DNA of 64,000 nt from Clostridia bacterium (GTDB taxonomy: Bacteria; Bacillota; Clostridia; UMGS1810). Numbering within the stretch: the stretch's first letter is position 1; every line of letters starts with the position of its first letter. The stretch spans positions 350-64,349 of the forward strand of contig JAZNJU010000006.1 of NCBI GenBank assembly GCA_045578205.1, in the 5' to 3' direction. Positions 1 to 10,499 of the stretch are shown piece by piece. A program made the position numbers and the translations under genes. The notes below the pieces were generated by a model. The model was not told the DNA's origin, did not search any database, and was given only the letters and a program-made list of their open reading frames with translations.

Positions 1-888
1 CACGGCAATATCGCCGTCACGTCTTGGGGCGAATTCATACTTGAGAGTTTTTCCGCAGGCTTTTTCGTATGCGTGCAGAACTTCCAGCACAGAGTATCCG
101 TTTCCTGTGCCCAGGTTGTAGACATTCACACCCGTGCAGGTGTTTGCCTTTTCCAGAGCCTTTACGTGGCCTTTGCTGAGGTCAACCACGTGTATGTAAT
201 CTCTCACGCCCGTTCCGTCATCCGTCGGATAATCGTTTCCGAAAACATTGAGGTGGCTCAGTTCCCCTGTGGCAACTTTGGCAATATACGGAACAAGGTT
301 GTTTGGTATGCCGTTCGGATTTTCGCCTATAAGACCGCTTGCATGAGCGCCGATTGGGTTGAAATAACGAAGAAGAACAATTGACCACTCATTGTCGGAT
401 GTGTAGAGGTCTGTGAGTATGTCTTCAATCATTAACTTTGTGCTTCCGTAGGGGTTTGTAGTGTGTCTGGGGAAGTCTTCCTTTATCGGAACAGTGTGAG
501 GATTTCCGTACACTGTTGCAGAAGAACTGAAAACTAATTTTTTGCAGTTGTACTTGCGCATAACATCGCAGAGCACCAGTGTGCTTACGATGTTGTTTTC
601 ATAGTATTCAAGGGGCATTCTTACCGATTCACCCACTGCCTTGAGACCTGCAAAGTGGATTACCGCATCGATTTTGTTTTCTTCAAAAATCTTTTCTACA
701 CTTTCCCTGTCTCTTAAATCTTTTTCGTAGAATTTGACTTTTTTACCTGTGATTTTTTCGATTTTTTCAATGCTGTCTCTTTTGGAATTGCACAGATTGT
801 CTATAACGGCTACTTCATAGCCTGCATCAATCAGTTCAACGCAGGTGTGACTGCCGATAAAACCTGTTCCTCCTGTAACTAAAATCAT
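1..888 (-). CDS. galE: UDP-glucose 4-epimerase (3' end cut by window edge)
   Basis: Minus-strand ATG at 886-888. Hand translation gives MILVTGGTGFIGSHTCVELIDAGYEVAVIDNL...YGSTK...RYFNPIGAH, i.e. the GxxGxxG Rossmann and YxxxK SDR motifs typical of GalE. Not in the ORF track because it is open at the window edge. Confidence 0.85.
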   Translation of the reverse strand, partial: MILVTGGTGFIGSHTCVELIDAGYEVAVIDNLCNSKRDSIEKIEKITGKKVKFYEKDLRDRESVEKIFEENKIDAVIHFAGLKAVGESVRMPLEYYENNIVSTLVLCDVMRKYNCKKLVFSSSATVYGNPHTVPIKEDFPRHTTNPYGSTKLMIEDILTDLYTSDNEWSIVLLRYFNPIGAHASGLIGENPNGIPNNLVPYIAKVATGELSHLNVFGNDYPTDDGTGVRDYIHVVDLSKGHVKALEKANTCTGVNVYNLGTGNGYSVLEVLHAYEKACGKTLKYEFAPRRDGDIAV

Positions 889-1054
889 ATTAACACCGCC
901 TTTTTATAGTATATACAGTATAACGCAAAATTCATGAGAATACAAGCATGTGTAAAAATTTTATTAATTTTTCAATTTGGGGGTAGATTTTTAGCACTTT
1001 TTGTATCATAATATATATGTAGTATCATGACACAAAATATATTCGGAGGAAATT

Positions 1055-2266
1055 ATGAAACATATAGTTATTTTAGGAGACGGAATGGCAGATTACAAGG
1101 TGGATGAACTTGGCGGCAAAACTCCTCTGGAGTGTGCAGACAAACCTTGTATGGATTACATGGCAAAAAACGGTGAAACAGGACACGTGTTCAATGTGCC
1201 CGATGATTATTCGCCCGGAAGCGATGTGGCAAATCTCTCTGCTATGGGATATGACCCTGTAAAATATTATTCGGGACGTTCACCCCTTGAGGCAGTCAGT
1301 GTCGGTGTGGATATGAAAGATACCGACATCATATTCCGTTGTAATCTTGTTACCCTATCGGAAGATGAAAAATATGAGGACAAAACTGTTATAGACCACA
1401 GTTCGGACGAAATTACAACCGAAGAGGCAAGAGAACTCATATCTGCAGTAAACGAGGCTTTCTCAAATGAAATGTTCTCTTTCTATCCCGGTGTAAGTTA
1501 CAGACATATTATGGTGTGGGACAAGGGACCATATGACTTTACCCTTACACCCCCTCACGATATACTGGAAAGAAAGGTTAAGGACTACATTCCCAAAGGC
1601 GAGGGCAGTGAATACATATATGATATGATGGTGAAGAGTTTTGATATCTTAAATAACCATCCCGTCAATATAGCCAGGGCCGAAAGGGGACTTAGAAAAG
1701 CCAACTCCATATGGATATGGGGCGAGGGCAAAAAGCCTCTTCTGTCGGACTTCTTTGAAAAGTACAATATGAAAGGCACCGTTATAAGCGCTGTTGACCT
1801 CATAAAGGGAATAGGACTTTGCGCAGGACTTGATGTTGTTGAGGTAGAGGGTGCCACGGGAAATGTACACACCAACTACAAGGGCAAAGCGGATGCCGCT
1901 CTGAAAGCACTGAAAAACGGAAGCGACTATGTGTATATTCACCTGGAAGGTCCCGACGAATGCGGTCACAGACACGAAATAGAGAACAAGGTAAAGGCAA
2001 TTGAACTAATAGACGAAAAAGTTGTAAAGTACATTAAAGATGACCTGGATAAAGAGGGTATAGACTATCGGATGCTTGTGCTTCCCGATCATCCCACACC
2101 TCTGGCCCTGAGAACACACACAAGAGACAGCGTGCCCTATATTCTCTATGACAGTACAAATGAAATCCGGGGCACAGCCGATTTGTACACCGAAGATGAA
2201 GCAAAGAAAAGCGGCATAGTTATAAGGGAAGGACACACTCTTATGGAGAAATTTGTTAAAAACTAA
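1055..2266 (+). CDS. apgM: Cofactor-independent phosphoglycerate mutase, ApgM/metalloenzyme type
   Basis: 403 aa. N-terminus MKHIVILGDGMADY and ...YIHLEGPDECGH..., ...LPDHPTP... match the alkaline-phosphatase-superfamily ApgM pattern. RBS ggagga lies upstream. Confidence 0.75.
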   Translation: MKHIVILGDGMADYKVDELGGKTPLECADKPCMDYMAKNGETGHVFNVPDDYSPGSDVANLSAMGYDPVKYYSGRSPLEAVSVGVDMKDTDIIFRCNLVTLSEDEKYEDKTVIDHSSDEITTEEARELISAVNEAFSNEMFSFYPGVSYRHIMVWDKGPYDFTLTPPHDILERKVKDYIPKGEGSEYIYDMMVKSFDILNNHPVNIARAERGLRKANSIWIWGEGKKPLLSDFFEKYNMKGTVISAVDLIKGIGLCAGLDVVEVEGATGNVHTNYKGKADAALKALKNGSDYVYIHLEGPDECGHRHEIENKVKAIELIDEKVVKYIKDDLDKEGIDYRMLVLPDHPTPLALRTHTRDSVPYILYDSTNEIRGTADLYTEDEAKKSGIVIREGHTLMEKFVKN

Positions 2267-2277
2267 GGAGCAAACCT

Positions 2278-3336
2278 ATGAAAATTCCTGCAAAGGACTC
2301 TCTTTCAAGTCTTGTAAAACTCTTATACGCAATATTTGCAATTGTAGTAATAATATTTGTTTTGCCAAAAGCGGTTTCCTGTTTGCTGCCGTTTTTCTTC
2401 GCATGGATAATTTCCATGATAATAAAGCCTCTTTCAACGGTACTGGAAAAGATTGTACACAACAAACGTGTGTCGGTTCTTGTTTCAATGCTTGTTGTAC
2501 TGGGCATAATATTTGTTGTTTTATACAACCTGTCCAAGGCGATTGTGGACGAAATACAGGTTATATACGAAATGTTTTCCGACACAAAAGACGGCATTCC
2601 TGTTTTTATCTGGGACATTCTTGAATCTTTGCCGAGGAATTTAAAGGATACGCTGACAACCGCTGTTGTCAATTCGGACATGAAGGAGATTGCATATCCT
2701 GCAATACAAAGCGCACTTCCAAAAATCGGCGGTGCCGCCACCAAGATACCGTCTGCGTTTGTTTTCACGGTTATATTGCTTCTTGCAACATACTTTATGA
2801 GTTATGATGAAAAGGGTTTGAAAGAAGAACTCAAAAAGTTCATCCCCGAGCGCGGGATAGAAAAGATGAGGAAAATCCGCAGAATATTCTCTCTTGCAAT
2901 AGGCGGTTATGTAAAGGCACAACTCATAATAATGTGCATGGTGTTCACAATACTTCTTGTGGGATTTGTGATTCTGGATGTAAAGTTGGCACTTTTGCTT
3001 GCATTTGTCATAAGTCTCATAGATGCAATCCCCGTTTTGGGAACAGGCATGGTTCTGAATCCTCTTGCGGTTGTCTATCTGATACAGGGAGACTATGTAC
3101 GAGCCGTGGGTTTTGTGTGTCTTTATGTTGTGGTTCTGCTTCTTCGCAATTTTGTGGAACCCAAGGTACTTAGCGGACAACTGGGGATACACCCGATAAT
3201 AACCCTTGTTTCTATGTATGCAGGTTTGAAACTCATAGGTGTAATTGGCATGATTATAGGCCCTGTACTTGCAATAATAATCATAAATTTCTTGAAGACA
3301 GAAAAAATGGAGGCGATGACCGATGCAGGTGAATAA
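2278..3336 (+). CDS. AI-2E family transporter / YtvI-like integral membrane protein
   Basis: 352 aa with multiple TM helices; the layout resembles the UPF0118/PerM/YtvI family. Confidence 0.65.
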   Translation: MKIPAKDSLSSLVKLLYAIFAIVVIIFVLPKAVSCLLPFFFAWIISMIIKPLSTVLEKIVHNKRVSVLVSMLVVLGIIFVVLYNLSKAIVDEIQVIYEMFSDTKDGIPVFIWDILESLPRNLKDTLTTAVVNSDMKEIAYPAIQSALPKIGGAATKIPSAFVFTVILLLATYFMSYDEKGLKEELKKFIPERGIEKMRKIRRIFSLAIGGYVKAQLIIMCMVFTILLVGFVILDVKLALLLAFVISLIDAIPVLGTGMVLNPLAVVYLIQGDYVRAVGFVCLYVVVLLLRNFVEPKVLSGQLGIHPIITLVSMYAGLKLIGVIGMIIGPVLAIIIINFLKTEKMEAMTDAGE

Positions 3337-4009
3337 TACCGTTGTTATTGTGGACGATGACAAAAACATATGTGAACTTGTACGGCTTTATCTTTCCAAA
3401 GAGGGTTTTGACGCAAGATGTGTTTTTGACGGCAACAGTGCAGTAAAACTTATTGAAGAACTGAAACCCTCTGCGGTAATTCTGGACATAATGCTCCCCG
3501 GGATTGACGGAATAGAAGTTCTCAAGAGAATCCGTGCCAAATACCGTATGCCTGTTATAATGCTCACCGCAAAGGGTGAAACCATCGACAAGGTTCTCGG
3601 TCTGGAACTGGGCGCCGATGACTATGTGGTAAAACCTTTCGAACCAAAGGAACTGGTGGCAAGACTGCGCGCTGTTCTCAGACGTTCCGACGGGGGCGAT
3701 ACTCTCGGAGAAGAAATAAATTTTGACAAACTTTCTTTGAACATGTCTACATACGAACTCAAAATAGACGGGAAAGTTATCGACATTCCGCCAAAAGAAC
3801 TGGAACTTTTAAACTACCTTTGTATTCACCCGAACAAGGTGTTTACAAGAGATCAACTTCTGGACGAAGTCTGGGGTTATGAATATTTCGGCGATTCCAG
3901 AACGGTGGATGTTCATGTCAAACGTTTGAGGGAAAAGATAGAGGGAGTAAGTGACAAATGGTCGCTTAAAACCGTGTGGGGTGTAGGATACAAATTTGAG
4001 GTGAAATAG
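3323..4009 (+). CDS. OmpR/PhoB-family response regulator
   Basis: 228 aa. Receiver domain (VVIVDDD...DIMLPGIDG...LTAKG) plus winged-helix C-terminus (...VWGYEYFGDSRTVDVHVKRLREKI...WGVGYKF). Confidence 0.9.
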   Translation: MQVNNTVVIVDDDKNICELVRLYLSKEGFDARCVFDGNSAVKLIEELKPSAVILDIMLPGIDGIEVLKRIRAKYRMPVIMLTAKGETIDKVLGLELGADDYVVKPFEPKELVARLRAVLRRSDGGDTLGEEINFDKLSLNMSTYELKIDGKVIDIPPKELELLNYLCIHPNKVFTRDQLLDEVWGYEYFGDSRTVDVHVKRLREKIEGVSDKWSLKTVWGVGYKFEVK

Positions 4010-4011
4010 TT

Positions 4012-5433
4012 TTGAGAAAAAGCATAATAGGAAATCTTGTTTTCTACAGTTTTCTTACAATCGGTGCTCTGATTATAACAATATCTGTATATTTTACATC
4101 TCAGATTGAATCTATTGCGGTTAAACAGAAGTCAAAATTGCTTTTGAATAATGTAGACAACATTCAGCAAACAACATATTTTGCATATACCAATCAAAGC
4201 GAAACAATGGACATAATGCTTCAGGGAATCATAGATTCCATTGCGGCAACAACCGAATCTTCCGTTACGGTTTTTGATAACAACGGTGTTGTGCTTACCC
4301 AGTCGGGAGCAAAGGTGGATACGGATTCTTTTCAGACGGTTACAGACAGGGTTACCGATCCTGTTTTGAAAGGCGGAAGAATAACATCCAGCAATATATA
4401 CAAAGACCAGTACGGTGAAAAAATACTTACCGTCGGTGCACCTCTTGTCCATGAGGGGGAAATTTTCGGCGGTGTAATGTTCAATCAGAGAGTTCCCGAG
4501 GTAAAAGGTGTGTATGCTTTTGTTGTAAACCGTACACTCATTATGCTTATTCTGGCGATGATACTTTCTGTGATACTCTTTGGTTTTCTCACTTTCAAAA
4601 TAACCAGTCCCATGCGCAAGATAAGTGCGGCTGTAAAGGAATTTTCAAAAGGAAACTTCAAAAAACGTGTTGAATACGATTCCGACAACGAATTTGGAAA
4701 ACTTGCACGTAATATAAACGATATGGCATCTTCTCTCGACAGCCTTGAAAGTTTGCGAAAACAGTTTATCTCCGATGTATCTCACGAACTGCGCACTCCG
4801 CTTACCACTATTTCGGGCTTCACCGAGGGAATCCTGGACGGAACTATACCCGAGGAAAACCGGGATGAATATCTGGAGGTTGTGCTTTCTGAATCAAAAA
4901 GACTTTCCAGACTTATAACCAATCTTTTGCAGGTTACAAAGATGGATAACGGAGAAACTAAACTTGAGATAACAAAATTTGATATAAATGAACTTGTAAG
5001 AATAAATCTTTTGAAGTTTGAAATGATGATAACTCCAAAAAATATAGATGTATCCCTCAATATGGATGAGGAGAGACTAATCGTAAAAGCGGATAAAGAT
5101 GCCATAACCCAGGTTCTTACAAATCTTATAAACAACGCTGTGAAGTTTACTCCCGAAAATGGGGAAATCTCCATAAATATAACGCGAAAAAAGGATAAGG
5201 TATGCGTAGCGGTTGAAAATTCAGGCCACGGCATCAAAAAGGAAGATATACCATACATCTGGGACAGATTCTATAAAGCCGACAAGTCCAGAAGCGACAG
5301 CCGTAACGGAATGGGTCTTGGTCTTTACATTGTAAAGAATCTTATCAATATGCACGCAGAGACCATTACCGTATCCAGCGAACCGGGCAAGAAGACTGTG
5401 TTTGCTTTCACCTTGTCTTCGGCAAATGAATAA
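4012..5433 (+). CDS. Sensor histidine kinase (TM-sensor-TM-HAMP-HisKA-HATPase)
   Basis: 473 aa. H-box FISDVSHELRTPLT, N-box LINNAVKFT, G-box GMGLGLYIV. Adjacent to the response regulator. Confidence 0.9.
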   Translation: MRKSIIGNLVFYSFLTIGALIITISVYFTSQIESIAVKQKSKLLLNNVDNIQQTTYFAYTNQSETMDIMLQGIIDSIAATTESSVTVFDNNGVVLTQSGAKVDTDSFQTVTDRVTDPVLKGGRITSSNIYKDQYGEKILTVGAPLVHEGEIFGGVMFNQRVPEVKGVYAFVVNRTLIMLILAMILSVILFGFLTFKITSPMRKISAAVKEFSKGNFKKRVEYDSDNEFGKLARNINDMASSLDSLESLRKQFISDVSHELRTPLTTISGFTEGILDGTIPEENRDEYLEVVLSESKRLSRLITNLLQVTKMDNGETKLEITKFDINELVRINLLKFEMMITPKNIDVSLNMDEERLIVKADKDAITQVLTNLINNAVKFTPENGEISINITRKKDKVCVAVENSGHGIKKEDIPYIWDRFYKADKSRSDSRNGMGLGLYIVKNLINMHAETITVSSEPGKKTVFAFTLSSANE

Positions 5434-5447
5434 TTTTTTCTTTTTTT

Positions 5448-5468
5448 ACAGTTTATTCACAGTTTATT
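5448..5468 (+). promoter_or_regulatory. Tandem direct repeat acagtttatt (x2, 11-bp period) overlapping the -35 region of a TGnTATCAT promoter upstream of htrA
   Basis: acagtttatt at 5448-5457 and 5459-5468. Extended -10 tgatatcat at 5479-5487. Spacing is typical of OmpR-family binding sites. Confidence 0.4.
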
Positions 5469-5521
5469 AAAAAAGTTTTGATATCATATTTTCACAGAAA
5501 CAGTGAAAGGAGAAATCCCCC

Positions 5522-6898
5522 ATGGACGAATACAAATGGTTTAAAGATGATTTTCAGAATGATATGAATAAAACTTCATCCGACGGTTATGCGTCAGATG
5601 AAGATACCAAAGGATATTCCGAAGACTTTGAAAGCGAGACTGCACGGGATACCTTTGGTGAAAATGATGATGTTGTTTTTGACAGTGCGGAGACAGCGTC
5701 CTTTTACAACACAAACATAAAACACAAAAAACCAAAAAAGAGAGTGAGCGTGTTTGTTCTTGTGGCATCTGTTGCAGTAACAGCGTTCATCACGGCTGTT
5801 GCGGGTGTCTATGTTCCAAAATTCTACTCCGATATAAAGGAAGAAATCGTTAGATACAAAAACACTCAGAATTCACAGGCGGTTAATACTCCTGGCGAAA
5901 CCAATACTCCCGGAGCCAAAATAGTTGCACAGGCAACTGTGGATTCCAATGGAAACGAAGCACTCACTACACCGGAGATTGTTGACATGGTCGGTCCTGC
6001 TGTTGTGGGAATTTCGTGCAAGTCTCCCGCTTCATACTATGGCTACTACGGTTACGGTTCCCAACAGGAAAGCAGCGGTTCCGGCGTTATAATAAGTCAG
6101 GACGGCTATATCGTGACAAATAATCATGTTGTGGAAAATGCAAATGAAGTCACCGTTATATTAAACACCAGCGAAACATACAGTGCATCTATTGTTGGTA
6201 CTGACCCAAAGACAGATTTGGCAGTTCTGAAGATAGATGCTTCCGAACTTCCCTTTGCACAGATGGGACACAGTTCCGAACTTCGTGTAGGCGATACAGC
6301 CATTGCCATAGGAAATCCTTTGGGTCAGGAATTTGCAGGTACCACGACACAGGGGATAATAAGCGGTCTTAACAGAAGTATTACCATAGACAACAAACAA
6401 CTAAATCTCATACAGACAGATGCGGCGATAAACCCCGGCAACTCCGGCGGTGCTCTGGTTAATGCGTACGGACACCTCATAGGTATCAACACTGCCAAGA
6501 TTTCATCATCTTCCCTTGAGGGTCTGGGATTTGCAATCCCAATTGACGAAGCAAAACCCATAATAACCGACCTCATAGACAACGGATATGTAAAGGGACG
6601 TCCCATAATCGGAATAGGCGGACGCGCAGTAACCGAGGAAGATGCAAAGGCATATGGGCTTAAAGTCGGTGTGTATGTGGCCAGTATGACTGCCGATTCT
6701 CCTGCACAGATGGCAGGTGTTAAAATAGGCGACATCATAGTGGAATGTCAAGGCGAAAAGGTCGAAACCGTGGAAGATATAAACTTAGTTAAAAACAAAT
6801 TGCAACCGGGTGACGAACTCGAAATCAAGGTTTACCGTCAGGGTAAATACAAAAACCTGACCATTATTCTTGGTGAAGAAATACCCGATATTGAATAG
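5522..6898 (+). CDS. htrA: HtrA/DegP-family S1C serine protease with N-terminal TM anchor and C-terminal PDZ
   Basis: 458 aa. Catalytic motifs TNNHVV, DLAVLK, GNSGGAL. PDZ-like C-terminus (GVYVASMTADSPAQMAGVKIGDIIV). Confidence 0.9.
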   Translation: MDEYKWFKDDFQNDMNKTSSDGYASDEDTKGYSEDFESETARDTFGENDDVVFDSAETASFYNTNIKHKKPKKRVSVFVLVASVAVTAFITAVAGVYVPKFYSDIKEEIVRYKNTQNSQAVNTPGETNTPGAKIVAQATVDSNGNEALTTPEIVDMVGPAVVGISCKSPASYYGYYGYGSQQESSGSGVIISQDGYIVTNNHVVENANEVTVILNTSETYSASIVGTDPKTDLAVLKIDASELPFAQMGHSSELRVGDTAIAIGNPLGQEFAGTTTQGIISGLNRSITIDNKQLNLIQTDAAINPGNSGGALVNAYGHLIGINTAKISSSSLEGLGFAIPIDEAKPIITDLIDNGYVKGRPIIGIGGRAVTEEDAKAYGLKVGVYVASMTADSPAQMAGVKIGDIIVECQGEKVETVEDINLVKNKLQPGDELEIKVYRQGKYKNLTIILGEEIPDIE

Positions 6899-6905
6899 TA
6901 TTCGT

Positions 6906-6939
6906 AACCCCTGTGCTTTTTGTACGGGGGTTGCTTTTT
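6906..6939 (+). terminator. Rho-independent terminator after htrA
   Basis: Stem aacccctgt/acgggggtt (one G-U pair) followed by gcttttt. Confidence 0.6.
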
Positions 6940-6979
6940 GTTGACTAAAACATCTCTGTGTGTTAAGATTTAAAATGAG

Positions 6980-7855
6980 GTGAGAAAAGTGCCTGTTGTG
7001 AGAGAGAATGAAAAAGAAAATATTAACACTTGGGTGAGGCTTTACCGTTCGCAGATTACCAAAGACAGCATACTGTCTTACCATCACCACACGGCAGTTG
7101 AATTTTGCTGTATATTGTCAGGTTGCGGAAAACTAAGCGGAGATGACGGTGAAATCCCCGTTTCGGAGGGAGACGTTATTCTTTTTCCTCCGGGTCAGAC
7201 GCACATATTTTCTGCCCGAGAAGACAGCCTTTCCATGCTTACACTTCACTTTGAACCTCGTTATATCTGGCAATCCCAAAGCGGATTTTCGGGTGCTGAA
7301 CTTTTGGGAGCAATTTTAAATTCCGACAAAGATTATTGCCCAAGACTTTCCGTGAATATATCGGAATATGTGTTTTCTAAAATTCTTGAAACCGAACAAG
7401 AGTTAAAAAACTGTAATAGAGAATATGAGAGTGCTGTAAAAACACTTATTGTGCAGATGCTTATATTCGTTTCAAGGCAAATGAGTTACGCAAAAAGATT
7501 TAAGAACACCGATGCACGGCTTTGCAATCTTTCGGGTCTTGAGAAAACAATGGATTACATAGATGCCAACCTGAAATCGGATCTGGATTTGTATGTACTT
7601 TCGGAAATATCGGGAATGAGCAAATCCTATTTTTGCACCGTGTTCAAAAGGTACAACGGCATTAAACCGTGGGATTACATTACCATAAAGCGTATTGATA
7701 AGGCATTAAGACTTATTATGCTTTCTCCGGAAAAGAAAATGAACATAGCAGCAGACTGCGGTTTCAACAATGCTGCCAATTTTTACAGAGCATTCAAAAA
7801 AATTACGGGAAGAACACCGGGTGACTATGAAAAACTAAGTATTGCCATGTATTGA
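6980..7855 (+). CDS. AraC-family transcriptional regulator (cupin + HTH)
   Basis: 291 aa. N-terminal cupin-like region. C-terminal AraC HTH (...DCGFNNAANFYRAFKKITGRTPGDY). Confidence 0.85.
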   Translation: MRKVPVVRENEKENINTWVRLYRSQITKDSILSYHHHTAVEFCCILSGCGKLSGDDGEIPVSEGDVILFPPGQTHIFSAREDSLSMLTLHFEPRYIWQSQSGFSGAELLGAILNSDKDYCPRLSVNISEYVFSKILETEQELKNCNREYESAVKTLIVQMLIFVSRQMSYAKRFKNTDARLCNLSGLEKTMDYIDANLKSDLDLYVLSEISGMSKSYFCTVFKRYNGIKPWDYITIKRIDKALRLIMLSPEKKMNIAADCGFNNAANFYRAFKKITGRTPGDYEKLSIAMY

Positions 7856-7917
7856 CAAAAGAAATTTCATGGTATATAATCTATTGAGTAAGAATTATAT
7901 TTAACGGAGGTTTTACA

Positions 7918-8658
7918 ATGAAAAAGATTTTATCACTTGTTTTGGTTTTGGTTGCAGTTGTAGCATGTTTTGCAGGTTGCGGCGCAAAAAATGACAAACT
8001 CACAATGGCTACTAATGCCGAATTCCCTCCCTTTGAGTACCTCGAAGGCGAAGAGATTGTTGGTGCAGATGTTGAAATTGCAAAGGCAATCGCAGAAAAA
8101 TTGGGCAGAGAACTCGAAATCACAAACATAGATTTTGATGCAGCCTTAACAGGTGCAGCAACAGGTAAGTATGACATGGCTGTTGCAGGTATTACTGCAA
8201 ACGACGAGAGAAGAAAAAATATGAACTTCTCCGATGATTACTACACTGCTTCTCAGGCTATCATAGTTACTGCAGAAAGCGAAATAAAAGGTGCAGCAGA
8301 CCTTAAAGGCAAGAAAGTTTCCTGCCAGGAAGGCACAACCGGTGAACAGTATCTTCTCGATAACGGATATGAAATTCAGTCCTACAAGACAGGCGCTGAA
8401 GCAGTAAGTGCTCTTACAGCAAATAAAGTTGATGCTGTTGTAATTGACAATGCAGTTGCAGTTGCTCTTTCCCAGAAGCAGAATGGCAAAACAGTTGTTC
8501 TTGACGAAGCACTTACCAAGGAAGCATATGCTATTGCCTTAAAGAAAGGTAACGATGAACTCACAGAAGAAATCAACAAAGCACTCGCTGAACTCAAAGA
8601 AGAGGGCGTGCTCAAAAAAATATTTGAAAAGTACGATTTACCCTACGACGAGCAGTAA
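7918..8658 (+). CDS. Polar amino-acid ABC transporter substrate-binding lipoprotein
   Basis: 246 aa. Lipobox LVAVVACFAGCG. SBP family 3 pattern (DVEIAKAIAEKLG..., GITANDERRK). Confidence 0.9.
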   Translation: MKKILSLVLVLVAVVACFAGCGAKNDKLTMATNAEFPPFEYLEGEEIVGADVEIAKAIAEKLGRELEITNIDFDAALTGAATGKYDMAVAGITANDERRKNMNFSDDYYTASQAIIVTAESEIKGAADLKGKKVSCQEGTTGEQYLLDNGYEIQSYKTGAEAVSALTANKVDAVVIDNAVAVALSQKQNGKTVVLDEALTKEAYAIALKKGNDELTEEINKALAELKEEGVLKKIFEKYDLPYDEQ

Positions 8659-8669
8659 ATATTGTTTGA

Positions 8670-8699
8670 AAGCGGCGTATGAAATGCGCCGCTTTTTTT
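8670..8699 (+). terminator. Intra-operon hairpin/attenuator after the SBP gene
   Basis: 8-bp GC-rich stem aagcggcg/cgccgctt followed by a T-run, immediately before the permease gene. Confidence 0.55.
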
Positions 8700-8707
8700 A
8701 AAGAGGT

Positions 8708-9409
8708 ATGAATATGAAATGGTTTAATAATTGGCTGGATACCCTCCACAACACATTTATAGTTGACAACAGATATATGACATTGATACAGGGCTTTGAG
8801 AAAACTCTCATCATAACATTCGGTGCTCTGATTATAGGTGTCATTATAGGAACTATTGTAGCAATTATTAAAGTTTTTGCCGAGGGTAATAAAAAACTTA
8901 AATTTGCTGATGTTATCTGCAATGTGTATCTTACTGTTATAAGAGGAACTCCTGTAGTTGTACAACTTCTTATATCGTTCTTTATTATATTTGTTACTGC
9001 AAAAGACGGAACTTGGGTTGCTGTGCTGACCTTTGGTATAAACTCCGGAGCCTATGTTGCCGAAACAATCCGTTCGGGAATTCTGGCAATCGACAAGGGG
9101 CAGATGGAAGCGGGCCGTTCTTTGGGATTTAACAAAATTCAGACAATGTGGCTTATCATATTGCCACAGGCATTTAAGAACATTCTGCCTGCCATCGGAA
9201 ATGAAATGATAGCGCTTTTAAAAGAAACCTCCGTTGCCGGATATGTTGCGGTAATCGACCTTACAAAGGCAGGAAATCAAATAAAAAATACAACATACGA
9301 TCAGATAAACCCAATACTTCTTGTTGCTATTGTTTATCTGGTTCTGGTAATGCTCCTTACTAAACTTCTTGCAATAATGGAAAGGAGATTAAGAAACAGT
9401 GAAAGATAA
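8708..9409 (+). CDS. Amino-acid ABC transporter permease
   Basis: 233 aa. HisM/GlnP-type EAA loop (...[27 protein letters not shown]...). Confidence 0.9.
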   Translation: MNMKWFNNWLDTLHNTFIVDNRYMTLIQGFEKTLIITFGALIIGVIIGTIVAIIKVFAEGNKKLKFADVICNVYLTVIRGTPVVVQLLISFFIIFVTAKDGTWVAVLTFGINSGAYVAETIRSGILAIDKGQMEAGRSLGFNKIQTMWLIILPQAFKNILPAIGNEMIALLKETSVAGYVAVIDLTKAGNQIKNTTYDQINPILLVAIVYLVLVMLLTKLLAIMERRLRNSER

Positions 9410-10142
9410 TATACTTATTTCTGTGAAACAACTGAAAAAACACTATTTAAACGGAACCGTAAAGGCTCTTGACGATGTTTCCATAGATTTTGAAAAAGGA
9501 AAAGTTGTTGTGGTAATAGGTCCTTCGGGAAGCGGAAAATCAACACTTCTGCGTTCCTTAAATCTCCTGGAAGAGCCTACATCGGGGGATATATACATCG
9601 GTGATGATAACATAATGGATAAAGGCACCGATATAAACCTTGTAAGGCGGAAGATGGGCATGGTGTTTCAGCAGTTCAACCTCTTTCCCCATATGACCGT
9701 TCTTAAGAATCTTACTCTGGCTCCTATGAAACTTCTAAAAATGGATGAAGCAGAGGCGAACGAAAAAGCCGTTTCTCTTTTGGAAAGAGTAGGACTTGCA
9801 GATAGGGCAGATGCTTATCCTGCACAACTTTCCGGCGGTCAGAAACAGAGAGTTGCAATAGTGCGTGCTCTTATGATGAATCCCGAGGTTATGCTTTTCG
9901 ATGAACCCACATCGGCTCTTGACCCCGAAATGGTAGGCGAAGTTCTCGACGTTATGAAAGAACTTGCGTCCGAGGGTATGACTATGATTGTGGTAACACA
10001 CGAAATGGGATTTGCAAAGGAAGTTGCCGACAAGGTAATTTTTATGGACGAAGGCAAAATTGCCGAAGCGGGAACAGCAGAGGAAATATTCCTAAATCCC
10101 CAAAGTGACAGACTTAAAAACTTTTTTGCAAAACTGCTTTAA
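9399..10142 (+). CDS. Amino-acid ABC transporter ATP-binding protein (GlnQ-like)
   Basis: 247 aa. Walker [10 protein letters not shown], signature LSGGQKQRV, Walker [12 protein letters not shown]. Confidence 0.92.
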   Translation: MKDNILISVKQLKKHYLNGTVKALDDVSIDFEKGKVVVVIGPSGSGKSTLLRSLNLLEEPTSGDIYIGDDNIMDKGTDINLVRRKMGMVFQQFNLFPHMTVLKNLTLAPMKLLKMDEAEANEKAVSLLERVGLADRADAYPAQLSGGQKQRVAIVRALMMNPEVMLFDEPTSALDPEMVGEVLDVMKELASEGMTMIVVTHEMGFAKEVADKVIFMDEGKIAEAGTAEEIFLNPQSDRLKNFFAKLL

Positions 10143-10217
10143 AAAAGTGTTGCAAAATCACTTTCTTTATGATAGAATAATTTCATATGAGAAATTTAAA
10201 TTTGGAGGTGTTTACAG

Positions 10218-10442
10218 ATGGATAAAGTCTTTACAATAGTACACGTTGTTCTTTCCCTTGTTTTAATAGCAGTTGTTCTGCTTCAGTCCGGCAAATCCGC
10301 AGGCCTTTCCGGTTCTATCGGCGGCGGTGCTGAAACATTCTTCGGTAAGAACAAAGCAGGAACTCTCGATGGTATTTTCGAAAAACTCACAGGAATTGTG
10401 GCTCTTCTCTTTATTATCACATCCATCATTCTTGCAATATAA
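10218..10442 (+). CDS. secG: Preprotein translocase subunit SecG
   Basis: 74 aa, two TM segments, LLQSGKSAGLSGSIGGG motif. Confidence 0.85.
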   Translation: MDKVFTIVHVVLSLVLIAVVLLQSGKSAGLSGSIGGGAETFFGKNKAGTLDGIFEKLTGIVALLFIITSIILAI

Positions 10443-10458
10443 TTAATATTCACAAACG

Positions 10459-10487
10459 AAAAACACACCTTGAGGTGTGTTTTTTTA
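10459..10487. terminator. Bidirectional terminator between secG and the convergent gene
   Basis: aaacacacc-ttga-ggtgtgttt stem-loop followed by a T-run. Confidence 0.7.
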
Positions 10488-10499
10488 TTTGCAATTAAT

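Noticed and set aside
73-384. 103-aa plus-strand ORF at the window start
   Set aside because: Antisense shadow of the clearly recognisable galE coding sequence on the minus strand.
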